Below are positions 9,953 to 19,521 of a stretch of 64,000 nt of DNA, one piece after another. Below the pieces are notes generated by a model, which saw nothing but the letters and a program-made list of their open reading frames with translations, was not told the DNA's origin and made no database searches. This DNA comes from a virus, in IMG/VR virus record IMGVR_UViG_3300031251_000015, positions 3,599 through 67,598 of that record. One strand, written 5' to 3'. Both the position numbers and the translations under genes were made by a program. Positions within the stretch are counted from its first letter, which is position 1, and each line of letters opens with the position of its first letter.

Positions 9953-11929
9953 TTAGTTATTCCTGAATAAAAACCGTTGATGCATTTCAGTAATGGTTCT
10001 AAACTCGTCACTAAAAATATCTTCAATAGTGAATTTTCGAGCCATCGGTATTAATGAAATAGATTCAGCTAAACTATAACTATTATCTAATACAAGATTA
10101 CCCATATTACCTATTAACTCATCTGCTGCTATTCTCTTTTCAAACTCTTCAACTGGATGCTGTAAATCCAATTCATCAAGACCAGACCCAGCGTATTCTC
10201 CAGATTTTATTTTGTGATATAGAGTTAATCTGCTATTTAACATTTCTTTTGATATACCCATTTTAGCAGAATGATACTCTAAATAATCATCAGAATATTC
10301 ACCGTTAGACAGTGTAGCCCTAGCATCATAAGCAAAGTTAGAATCTATATGAGGTCTGTGTACAGTTTCTCTTGGAGTTAAAGTAACTACTGATAAAGCC
10401 AAGGCAAGAACAGCATCGTCTTGTCCATGTTTAGCTTCCATTTTTCTTGTACCATCAGAGTATACAGCACCAGCAGTAAAATTTTCCATTTGTAATCGTA
10501 ACCTAGAACTTTTTAATCCTCTTGAATGTACTGGATTATTATAAAATAAAATAAGTTTCTCTATTAATAATGACCGAGTAGCACGATTAGTCTGGAACCC
10601 TGGTGTATTTTTAACGGGATCATACCAAATATTGTTGTATCTTCGTTGTTCAAGTAAATAAAATACCATTTCAGAATACGAGTTAGATTCAATTACTAAC
10701 ATAGCGTTATTATAGTGTCTTGCCGTCTTAACTAATATGTCTACGAAAACTTCAGTTGGTAATTTTCCAACATATTCAGCGCATTGTTCATAAGTATCTT
10801 GGTCTATAACTTGAAAACTTGTATAGTCTTTTGCAGTTATTTTATTAGAAGCACAATCTACTCCTATTATATATCTGCCATGCGGATCAGCTTTATGCCA
10901 CATATAAAGAGTATCCTCATATGTAGCACCACCATACACTTTATTTAGAATAGGTGAAGATAAATTAAAACTACTTAATACTTCTTTTGTAAATAAAGAA
11001 TATAAGTTAATATGAAACTCACACTCGTATTCCTGTCTAAACTTATCTTCGTTACCGTTATCTAATCTAATCTGGTCTTTCCTAAAATTAGGATTTTTAG
11101 TAAAGATTGACGATACTGTCCAAGGAAACTCATAAAGTTTCCAATTAACTTCATCTTTATCAGCACTTTGAGTTCTTGCTCTTGCTGTTGATACTGTTTT
11201 ATAGAACCAGTTATCAGGAGAATCGCCATTAGGAGTACTGATAGCAATAAGTTTACCATCGGAAGCGGCAACAGTAGGACCAATGGCTTTCACTACTTCA
11301 TCACATTCTTTAACGAATGACGCTTCGTCTAACAATACTAATGTGGCGGAGAATGAACGAGCAGCATTTGGATTAGATGTGATAGCCTTAACTGTAGATT
11401 TTGTATCAAACTCTACTGTATTTTTACTATACAATACACAAGATGGTTTAAGCCATTCTGGTAAAAATTCATACGCTGTTTTTAATTTTACAATAAACTC
11501 TTCCGCCGATTCTTTTCTATGGGCTACAATTAGACACCGCTTACCTTGTGAGAATATAGAAAACCACAATGCGTAAAACACCAGTGAGGTAGATACACCC
11601 AACTGTCTTGCTTTGTTTACAATTACATATTTTTCATCAATGAAAGACTGTAATAATGTTTTCTGATATTCTTCTAACTTCATTGGGATAATACCAGCGC
11701 CGCCAGGACCAGTAATAAACCCATATGTTTCAGCAAAATATTGTATGTTATCTACACATTTTTTACGTTCATTTTCAATATAACTAATAAGAATATTTTT
11801 TGTTTCTTCTTCTGTCTTACCCTCAACTCTACATCGCTGAATAAGACGCTCTGGTTCATAAAAAATATGATGCTTATCTTCTACTTTATGTTGATACTTC
11901 TTGGCTAATACTTTTTTACTTATACTCAT
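9953..11929 (-). CDS. Terminase large subunit (gp17-like)
   Basis: KARQLGVST Walker A, LLDEASF Walker B, ISTPNG, FRQEYECEF, IIGVD, DDAVLALA. Confidence 0.95.
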   Translation of the reverse strand: MSISKKVLAKKYQHKVEDKHHIFYEPERLIQRCRVEGKTEEETKNILISYIENERKKCVDNIQYFAETYGFITGPGGAGIIPMKLEEYQKTLLQSFIDEKYVIVNKARQLGVSTSLVFYALWFSIFSQGKRCLIVAHRKESAEEFIVKLKTAYEFLPEWLKPSCVLYSKNTVEFDTKSTVKAITSNPNAARSFSATLVLLDEASFVKECDEVVKAIGPTVAASDGKLIAISTPNGDSPDNWFYKTVSTARARTQSADKDEVNWKLYEFPWTVSSIFTKNPNFRKDQIRLDNGNEDKFRQEYECEFHINLYSLFTKEVLSSFNLSSPILNKVYGGATYEDTLYMWHKADPHGRYIIGVDCASNKITAKDYTSFQVIDQDTYEQCAEYVGKLPTEVFVDILVKTARHYNNAMLVIESNSYSEMVFYLLEQRRYNNIWYDPVKNTPGFQTNRATRSLLIEKLILFYNNPVHSRGLKSSRLRLQMENFTAGAVYSDGTRKMEAKHGQDDAVLALALSVVTLTPRETVHRPHIDSNFAYDARATLSNGEYSDDYLEYHSAKMGISKEMLNSRLTLYHKIKSGEYAGSGLDELDLQHPVEEFEKRIAADELIGNMGNLVLDNSYSLAESISLIPMARKFTIEDIFSDEFRTITEMHQRFLFRNN

Positions 11930-12450
11930 TACTCACCGCTCAAAAGTCTATCAACAGATGATTCTTTTAATGAATTTGATGAGTCGAAATGTTCAGTTTC
12001 AAATTCAATTTCTTCTACATCTGCGTCTATTGTTTCAAAAGCAACTTGTTCTGCTTTCTTACTATCTATAGTTTTTTGGGTAGTTACTTTAGCACCAAGA
12101 GCAGCACCCATAGCAACTCCTGATAATATAGAATCGAAATCAGACATAACTGTTTTCTTTTTAGCTGCTACTTCAAGACCCTTATCAGTGACAAGAGTTT
12201 TCAAAATATCTATACGTTTCTTGAAAGTATCCATTCTAACTTCACTTAATCGCGCTAAAGCTATTGGAAAACTAACGTCAGTGGATTGAATAAGTCTATC
12301 TTTAAGTATTTCAATAATAGCATCTAAATCATCAGCTACTATATCTAAATCCTTAAGCATTTTTACTACTTCTGAATCAACAATGTCATTAGTTTTGTCA
12401 ATTCTAACAGCATTTTTGTCTTTTCTTGTTTGTGGAGTCATGTCAGCCAT
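11929..12450 (-). CDS. Probable terminase small subunit
   Basis: Helical protein overlapping the TerL start; position only. Confidence 0.45.
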   Translation of the reverse strand: MADMTPQTRKDKNAVRIDKTNDIVDSEVVKMLKDLDIVADDLDAIIEILKDRLIQSTDVSFPIALARLSEVRMDTFKKRIDILKTLVTDKGLEVAAKKKTVMSDFDSILSGVAMGAALGAKVTTQKTIDSKKAEQVAFETIDADVEEIEFETEHFDSSNSLKESSVDRLLSGE

Positions 12451-12471
12451 ATTATAGCTTTCTAAAAATAG

Positions 12472-12951
12472 TTATCGTAGAGTCATTTCAGCATCAGTTC
12501 TTGTCTTAATAGCTTCAATTATATCAGTAAATCGCCCAAGATTTTTTGCTTTACCATCTACACAAATCTGAGCAAGCCATTTTTTATTCTTCTTGTCCCA
12601 TCCAACACCTTTAATACCTGAAGTGTTATCCGCTCGTAAATCAGTATTTATAGTATTAATTGCACAAGTAGCTTCACGAAGATTACTCCAACAATTATTA
12701 CTTGGGTTTCTATCAATATGGTCAATCAAATCTACCCAAGAGTTTGTCATATATAAAAAGGCTAACTGATGTGCTAAATATCCTATTCCATTTATTTTTA
12801 TTTTTTTATACCCATCAGGTCTAGCACATCCCACTATTTTACCAATTTTCCATTTTCCTCTATTTACCTTACTTATGAAATCTCCAGTTAATGGTAGATA
12901 TTCTAAAGTTTGTTTAAGTTCACTACTTGTAATAGTTCTTTGTGGTTTCAT
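12472..12951 (-). mobile_element. HNH endonuclease with AP2 domain
   Basis: YLAHQLAFLYM, IDHIDRNPSNNCWSNLREAT, NTSGIKGV.W....KWLAQI...LGRF. Confidence 0.9.
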
Positions 12952-13551
12952 TTAAAGTTTCTCAAATATAGTTATAATTCTAAATCTATGATTCGTACTT
13001 TTTAACATCCCGATACACGCTACTATTTTGAAATCTATTTTTCTAAATTGTGGAAGAACTTGGTCGAGCCATACCACATGACTGCCAGCAGTTAATCCAT
13101 TACCAAGAGCCTTCATTACTTTATTACGGTGTATCATAGTAGTTTGATAGTGGTCGCAATCCTCCACAGAATACGGAGGGTCAGCTAATACTAGATCAAA
13201 AGTAGATAAAGGAACGTTTAATAAAGTTTGAGCATCATCTATATAGTCTGGATTATTTGCGGCGTTAATATCAACTGTCTTTCCTGGAAATATAGCTGTA
13301 TCTACTTTACCAGAAAATAAATGAAGAACATTAGTCTTATCTGGGAACATTGCCTTGATACGTTTAAGATAACCAGCAGGATATCCACCATAGTAAGTTG
13401 ATTTTACTTTATAATTGTTTCCCATTATAAAGGTTCCAACTACTCTTTCATCACCGCCAATAAAAAGAGACTTTGGAAATCCAGTTACCTTCTCATAATT
13501 TTCTATTCGTTCTTTCCAGTCCATATTATTCGCTATCTTCCTTGCTATCAC
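12952..13551 (-). CDS. Small amino-methyltransferase-like protein (DPPY)
   Basis: VLHLFSG (motif I-like) and FDLVLADPPYS (motif IV). Confidence 0.65.
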   Translation of the reverse strand: MIARKIANNMDWKERIENYEKVTGFPKSLFIGGDERVVGTFIMGNNYKVKSTYYGGYPAGYLKRIKAMFPDKTNVLHLFSGKVDTAIFPGKTVDINAANNPDYIDDAQTLLNVPLSTFDLVLADPPYSVEDCDHYQTTMIHRNKVMKALGNGLTAGSHVVWLDQVLPQFRKIDFKIVACIGMLKSTNHRFRIITIFEKL

Positions 13552-14503
13552 CTACATTAGCTAATTCAGAAAATATTACTAATGGCCCGAATATCATTTT
13601 TATAAGTTCAAGAGCGTCAACAACATCCTTAACTTTAACACCACATTCATTTTTCAAAGTAAAAAGTAAATTATGAACCAATCTTGATGAAGCCTCTGGT
13701 GATTTAAGAAGCTCTAAAAGTTTTGTAATTATCATCTTATTCATATCAGAAATTAATTCATCGTCTGAATCTTTTAGTGTCTCTAATACTAATAAGAACT
13801 CCTGAAAAATAACAGGCCCATCCGTTACAGAATAAGCCTCATTACCATACAATCTCGACACATTTTCATAGCTTACATTTGTTATTCGTTCAGCGCCGTA
13901 AGTCATAGTAATAGTTGTAATTCCGTAGTTCAATACCATAGTAAAATAGGTATAAACTCTTGCGTAAATATCACGACCATTATCATCTGTTCCAACTATT
14001 CTTTTTGGATCAAACTTATCCATCGCCTGAATAATTTTTAATATAGCACTCTGAAATATCTCTTCATATGCTAATCCATGTTTATGTCTGGCATATTTGA
14101 ATATAACACCATCTATTAATGGATAGCAATAAGTTAAAAAATCATTCCTAGCATCATAGTCTTTTGTATCATGCCATTTTGTCCAGAGATACTTACCAAC
14201 ATCTTCAATAAAATAGTTATTAGACTTTTTGCCGCGTTTCTTTTTATTAGCAAGTTCCGGAAAGCGATCTGGGAATAAGAGATATGCTTTTAACAAAAAA
14301 CTATCCGAATACTTATCATTCGGATATTTGTCTAACATTTCTTTTATTATTCTTTTTTCCATGTATTCAACAGCCAATTTATCATACATCACTACACGAT
14401 AAGAGTGTTTGGTATCTCGTCCAATATCTTCCTTGTCAATCCCCAAATCTTCACACATATCAGCATATGGAGTTAGATTATCTTTATCATTAGTTGGTAT
14501 CAT
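13526..14503 (-). CDS. Phage sigma factor (sigma70 region 2; gp55-like late sigma candidate)
   Basis: ARNDFLTYCYPLIDGVIFKY...EEIFQSAILKIIQAMDKFDPKR...YTYFTMV. Confidence 0.72.
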   Translation of the reverse strand: MIPTNDKDNLTPYADMCEDLGIDKEDIGRDTKHSYRVVMYDKLAVEYMEKRIIKEMLDKYPNDKYSDSFLLKAYLLFPDRFPELANKKKRGKKSNNYFIEDVGKYLWTKWHDTKDYDARNDFLTYCYPLIDGVIFKYARHKHGLAYEEIFQSAILKIIQAMDKFDPKRIVGTDDNGRDIYARVYTYFTMVLNYGITTITMTYGAERITNVSYENVSRLYGNEAYSVTDGPVIFQEFLLVLETLKDSDDELISDMNKMIITKLLELLKSPEASSRLVHNLLFTLKNECGVKVKDVVDALELIKMIFGPLVIFSELANVGDSKEDSE

Positions 14504-15203
14504 TTGTCTCTTTCCATGACTTATTACTTATAATATTGTATATAGCACCTTGAGACATACCATACCAAGAAGCTAACTCTTTTTGAGATATATTAAATAT
14601 ACTATAGTTATTTTTTATGTTGTTTATTTGATTCCACGTAAGTTTAGCACTATTACTCTTATCTCCAGATAGTGCCACTCTATTTTTTTGTTTATGTTCT
14701 TCTGTACATTTTTTACCAGTATTAGCTGTTGATATTTTTTGTCTTGTTTCAGCTAATACTATTTTTCCTTTTTCAGATAAGGATATTTTTCTTTTATGTT
14801 CTTCTGATTTTATTTTACCTTTTTGAAACTTTGACATATTTTGTCTTGCTTCAAGTGAGATTATCTTATCTCGCATTCTTTGTTTAGTTTCTTCTGAAAG
14901 CTTATATCCACTAGGACCTTCTCCACCATCAGTAAAATTACATAAAGTATATCCATCAGACCTAAAAGTATGTATCCAATGAGTTTCTAACTTAAAGGCT
15001 TCATGTTCTTCTTCACAAGGTATTAATTCTATTCTTACGCAATCTCTACCATCTTTTTTAATTATACTTTTAGCCCAGCTATTTCTATGGGCCGAAAAAT
15101 CTAATGCTCTTTTTCTAGAACCCTTACCTACATAGAAAGGAGTTGTTCCATCTTTTCTATAATATATATAACAGTAAAAGCGTGTTTCTTGTTTCAAGAA
15201 CAA
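14490..15203 (-). mobile_element. GIY-YIG-family homing endonuclease with NUMOD3 repeats and HTH
   Basis: FYCYIYYRKD..PFYVGKG, EAFKLE, L.NFTDGGEG, SEETK/SEEHK repeats, SQKELA..YGMSQGAI.NI...KSWK. Confidence 0.88.
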
Positions 15204-15274
15204 TCCTTCTTAATTTAATTTATTAAAGTTAATGATTATAAGTATTGTATCGACCAAAAACAATTTAATTATTA

Positions 15275-15312
15275 ATAAAAAATTGGGAAATCCGGCTAAA
15301 GATTTCCCAATT
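15275..15312 (-). terminator. Intrinsic terminator after the UvsX operon
   Basis: 12-bp stem AATTGGGAAATC/GATTTCCCAATT followed by a T-run on the minus strand. Confidence 0.65.
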
Positions 15313-15336
15313 ACTATAATGAGTACGAAATAAAAA

Positions 15337-15603
15337 TTATTTATTTTTTAATTGTTTTGATAAAATAGAAGGGACAACACAATGATTTTCAACGTAAACA
15401 GCAATAAGTTTATTAGTTGTTTTATTTCTATATTGCTCATGACCCATTCCAAAGTCTGAATCCCATTCTATTAAATCGCCAATAGAAATACAAGAAACAT
15501 CATTAAGTATTTCAAAAGTGGTATATTGTTCACCGTCAAATGGATGCGTATATACAGCTACCATATTATTTTTACATATATGACTAATTTTACCTTGTCT
15601 CAT
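15337..15603 (-). CDS. Hypothetical small beta-rich protein
   Basis: ORF coupled to the UvsX stop. Confidence 0.6.
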   Translation of the reverse strand: MRQGKISHICKNNMVAVYTHPFDGEQYTTFEILNDVSCISIGDLIEWDSDFGMGHEQYRNKTTNKLIAVYVENHCVVPSILSKQLKNK

Positions 15604-16752
15604 TTAGTTATTCTCTATTTCAGAAATATCACCAATATCAGAAGCATTTGGTAGTTCAACATCAGACTGGGCTGCAAAGTTTAAGCTTTTTCCGAAACAA
15701 TCTTTCATCATCTTTAAGAAGTGTTGCTTATTTTCTTCTGACTTGTTAAACAATTCAGCAAAAGTGTCAATAGAGTTAAACTTTTTTTCGGTCCCGTCAG
15801 GTAATATTATTGTCTTCCAAGCACCAGTTCCTAAATAAGAACTATCATTAAGTAAGTCATAAACGATATGAGCATTACAATAACCTAAATTATTATAATA
15901 AAGACGCATTGGAAGAGTACGGCCAAGAGCAGCAGACGATTTACATTTGATAATCTTGGTACGAACAATATGTCCATCAGGCATTTTCGATTCACCAATA
16001 AACTTACCACGTTCCATAAAAAGCCTTGAAATACAAGCATATTTTATGGCATCGCCGCCGCTAGAAACATAGGTAGGGCCAGTCCAAGAATTACCAACAC
16101 CAATAGCAGTTCTAACTTGATTAATTGCTAATACAGCCAAATTAGTTTCACGACAAAGCATTTTAGTTCTTTGTAAACCCTTCTTGATCATTCTAGCTGT
16201 TAGAGCTACTTGATTGGAATCATAGTCAGCTTCTTGTTCTGCTCTTGTAGTAAGTCCAGCGATACTATCAATTACTACTAAACTTGGCACCGTTATATTC
16301 TTTTTTTGAATATAATTAGCTATTTTTTCTACCTGACTAAAAACCTTTTCGGCCAAATCTTCAATTGTTATAATACACTTACTAGTATCTACTCCAAAAG
16401 TTTCGAAACGGTACTTATCACCGGCTCCGCCCTCACTATCAATAAGAGCAGCTAATCCACCAAGTTTTTGTATTTGACCCAGCATATGAATACCGAAGGA
16501 ACTCTTACCGCTACCTTCTTTTCCGCATACTTCGGTGATTGCTCCTTGAGGAATGCCGCCGCCCAAAAGATAGTCAAGAGCATCTATACCTGTAGGTATA
16601 AACGCTCGCACAAAATCGTCATCATCTATTGCTGCGCTACTTCCATATTCTTTACGTAATTCCTTCTTAAAATCGTCTAAATCAGAAAAGATATCAGTAG
16701 CATTAACTATTTGAAGGTCTTTATCTAATTTATTACTTTTCTTGCCAGCCAT
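15604..16752 (-). CDS. uvsX: RecA/UvsX recombinase
   Basis: IPTGIDALDYLLGGGIPQGAITEVCGKEGSGKS, VVIDSIA, INQVR, SGGDAIKY. Confidence 0.93.
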   Translation of the reverse strand: MAGKKSNKLDKDLQIVNATDIFSDLDDFKKELRKEYGSSAAIDDDDFVRAFIPTGIDALDYLLGGGIPQGAITEVCGKEGSGKSSFGIHMLGQIQKLGGLAALIDSEGGAGDKYRFETFGVDTSKCIITIEDLAEKVFSQVEKIANYIQKKNITVPSLVVIDSIAGLTTRAEQEADYDSNQVALTARMIKKGLQRTKMLCRETNLAVLAINQVRTAIGVGNSWTGPTYVSSGGDAIKYACISRLFMERGKFIGESKMPDGHIVRTKIIKCKSSAALGRTLPMRLYYNNLGYCNAHIVYDLLNDSSYLGTGAWKTIILPDGTEKKFNSIDTFAELFNKSEENKQHFLKMMKDCFGKSLNFAAQSDVELPNASDIGDISEIENN

Positions 16753-17081
16753 TATTTAGTTTCCTTTATAGTTTCTACATATATTGCGTGTTCACTTTTA
16801 GTTAGATTAAGATAGCCAGTAATAACTGGATATTCATAGTCTTCAAGATTAAATGCCGCTACAAATTGTCCATCAAATTGATCTAATTTTTCTCTAATTG
16901 GCTCTAATCCCTTTGATGGGATTGGAAGGTTTAACAGGGGTCCACCATTATTTTCACATAAACAAAAAGAGGAATAACCTCCCCTAATGCCGGTAATAAG
17001 TTCGCCGTTAATATATAGCTCAATACCATTAGTAATTTTTATCTGTCTAAATGAAACTTCTGCCATAGGCTGTTCTGTCAT
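16752..17081 (-). CDS. Hypothetical protein
   Basis: AGGAG RBS; overlaps the UvsX start. Confidence 0.6.
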   Translation of the reverse strand: MTEQPMAEVSFRQIKITNGIELYINGELITGIRGGYSSFCLCENNGGPLLNLPIPSKGLEPIREKLDQFDGQFVAAFNLEDYEYPVITGYLNLTKSEHAIYVETIKETK

Positions 17082-17111
17082 TACTACTCCTTTTATATAT
17101 TATCGACAAAT

Positions 17112-17141
17112 AAAGAAAAAGCCTAAACCGAAGTTCAGGCT
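17112..17141 (-). terminator. Intrinsic terminator after SSB
   Basis: Minus strand AGCCTGAAC-TTCG-GTTTAGGCT-TTTTCTTT. Confidence 0.8.
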
Positions 17142-17160
17142 AATTCTTATTTACTGTATA

Positions 17161-18042
17161 TTAATCTTCCATTGCGCGTTTTAGGTCTTCAAGGTCAAAC
17201 GGAACATCTTCTACTTCGATTGGCTTGCTATTCTTGACCGGAAGCTTATCCTCAACGGGCTTCTGATACTTTTGAAGCATTTTACGTTCTGCTTCACTTT
17301 CATCAACTTCTTCTTTTTCATCCTCTTCTATTGGTGTTGACATGAAATCCTTAAACTTCTTGTCAAGTTCAGCATCAGTTAGTGGAGTAATGATAGAAGT
17401 TAGATCGGGAGACTTATCAATCAGGTCTTCCCAAATCTTCTTACCTGATTTACCTTCAAAGGCAACACTTGGATCGTCAAAATCCCAGGTAATAGTTGCG
17501 TAGGCGTCTTTACCAGCCTTCTTCGTCTTGCTCAAATCAACGTTTCGACCAGTAGCAAAATCAACGAAGTCAATTTCACGTTCCAGCTTGTTCTTGATTA
17601 GATCCATATTGGTCGCGGAAGAAGCACGAACAATCTTGAGGTCTTCGGTCTTAATATCAGAAGTATCAATTTCGTTTGGCTCATATCCGACAAGCAGATA
17701 ATGAGTTTTTACGAACAACTTTTTCGCAGCTTCAAGATATTCCTTATTTTCAGTCTTGGTGAACTTACGATAAGTCTGGGAAGCTAGTCCACAAAACGGG
17801 CATTCTCGCTCTTCCGAAGCTCTTGGACAGGCGACACTTTCAAAATGACCATCAGGAAAGTTTAGAGCGTGATGATTATAGATAGCAACTGGCAATTCAA
17901 GGTTTTCTGATTTCAGAGGGAGAAAACGCATGGTGTAGTGCTTACCACTATCTAGCTTCATCCAGGTAAAGTTTGATGTTGCTTTCTTTGCCTTTGACTT
18001 TTCTAGCTTTTCCTTAAACTTGTTAAAATTCGTTGTTGACAC
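17161..18042 (-). CDS. Single-stranded DNA-binding protein (gp32-like)
   Basis: W.KL..G...MRFLP, H..ACP.....CPFC zinc site, acidic C-terminal tail; GTG start with AAGGAG RBS. Confidence 0.85.
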   Translation of the reverse strand: MSTTNFNKFKEKLEKSKAKKATSNFTWMKLDSGKHYTMRFLPLKSENLELPVAIYNHHALNFPDGHFESVACPRASEERECPFCGLASQTYRKFTKTENKEYLEAAKKLFVKTHYLLVGYEPNEIDTSDIKTEDLKIVRASSATNMDLIKNKLEREIDFVDFATGRNVDLSKTKKAGKDAYATITWDFDDPSVAFEGKSGKKIWEDLIDKSPDLTSIITPLTDAELDKKFKDFMSTPIEEDEKEEVDESEAERKMLQKYQKPVEDKLPVKNSKPIEVEDVPFDLEDLKRAMED

Positions 18043-18354
18043 TTTAGTGTCTCCTTACGCGGCATCCCGCAAAATAAGCAACCGATCTGGTCGCCAAGTT
18101 ACTAATCTGTCTTACATAGGTAGTATCGACCGTACCTACTATAACTTAATTCGAAAAAAATATTTATTTTTATTAAAGTTTTTGCTCAAGGTACACGATA
18201 ATAAGCATAGGCGTCTTCGGGAAGAGGAACCTAAAGGAGGAGATGGGAGATAGAAGTAGATAGAAATAAACCTAATACAAACCAAATCAAAGCAACGAAG
18301 TGAATGAAACGAAGTGGAATGAACGAGTTGTACAAGGTATATAATTAAGCGTAT

Positions 18355-19413
18355 ATGAATAATCTCAAGTTCAGGACAAGGTTCTCATTAAGGTTAAGAA
18401 CTGGTAAACGAGCTAAACTTCTAAACTCACGAACTAAAAAATCGGAGAAATGTAATCCTGTACTAATAATAGATTTAACATATATAGAAAACTTATTAAA
18501 CTCAAAAAAACAATATAAAAACTCTTCTCTGTACAATAAAGATACTGATGCTCTAATACAACGAATGTATGAGTGGCTATCTTCTGCTTTTAACTTAACA
18601 ACACCACAAGGTATTTTGTTTACTGCTGAAAAAGAGACAGAGTTCCTTAAACTATTAGATAAAGATATAATGTATGGAAACATTAAGAACATTATATTTT
18701 CTATTATAACTCAACAATCTATATCTAAACCTCTATGTATATTATCTGACAATCTCGAATTATGGTCTTTATCAGCACCTTCTACTAACCTGTCTTTTTT
18801 AGCTATCGACTCTAATAATAGGATGATTTACTATAATAACAAGACAGGATTAGATATTCTGTCAAAATTCATAGGTACATATAAGATAGTCAATAAGTTA
18901 GGATTAGACAGCTTAAAGTACGTTAGTTTACAATACCTGTACATCTTGTTGTTCTATATTCAGTTTACTAATAACAAACCTGACACTGACTTCTATTTTG
19001 ACAATGATTTTTTCAAGCAATTTACAAATAAACAGTTTTCTAAATCAAATGGATATGGATTAGAACTGATTACTGCTGCTCATAAGTTTTTAAGTTATGC
19101 CTTTCTGACCAAACCAGAGTTTATGGATTACTTCTTAATTGGAGAAATATCACACTATTCTCTTAATTTACAGAGATTAGTCAAACTTATGTATTTTGAT
19201 GTTCAGATATTAGATGCTATGAAACGAGCTTATCATACTAAAAGTTGTCCTGTGTTTATATCTAACCTTACCATACCCAGTATTAACCCTATTCTACCTG
19301 CCAATTTTACCTATTACCCTGAAAAAATTACAAAAATAGATATTGAAGTTCCTAAAACTGCCGATACTATTAGTGATATAGAGAGCTATGTCACTAACCT
19401 TTTAGGATTATAG
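18355..19413 (+). CDS. Degenerate 5'-3' exonuclease/PIN-like protein, probably inactive
   Basis: PVLIIDLT and KPLCILSDN.ELWSL align with NVLLIDGT and KQVILLSNDSDFLQL of the next gene. Confidence 0.5.
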   Translation: MNNLKFRTRFSLRLRTGKRAKLLNSRTKKSEKCNPVLIIDLTYIENLLNSKKQYKNSSLYNKDTDALIQRMYEWLSSAFNLTTPQGILFTAEKETEFLKLLDKDIMYGNIKNIIFSIITQQSISKPLCILSDNLELWSLSAPSTNLSFLAIDSNNRMIYYNNKTGLDILSKFIGTYKIVNKLGLDSLKYVSLQYLYILLFYIQFTNNKPDTDFYFDNDFFKQFTNKQFSKSNGYGLELITAAHKFLSYAFLTKPEFMDYFLIGEISHYSLNLQRLVKLMYFDVQILDAMKRAYHTKSCPVFISNLTIPSINPILPANFTYYPEKITKIDIEVPKTADTISDIESYVTNLLGL

Positions 19414-19521
19414 TGTCAGGTATTTACAGTATTCAAATCAATAATAAAATATAATATGTCTACTTCTACTATATTTAGCATAGTTCATAATGATACATGG
19501 AAAGAACAAATAAATGGTTAA
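19414..19521 (+). pseudogene. C-terminal HTH remnant of a deleted homing endonuclease
   Basis: Frame reads ..IIKYNMSTSTIFSIVHNDTWKEQING*, matching YGMSQGAIYNIISNKSWKE of 14490..15203. Confidence 0.55.

Noticed and set aside
18020-18253. 77-aa plus-strand ORF
   Set aside because: Overlaps the SSB leader and promoter; no RBS or protein-like features.
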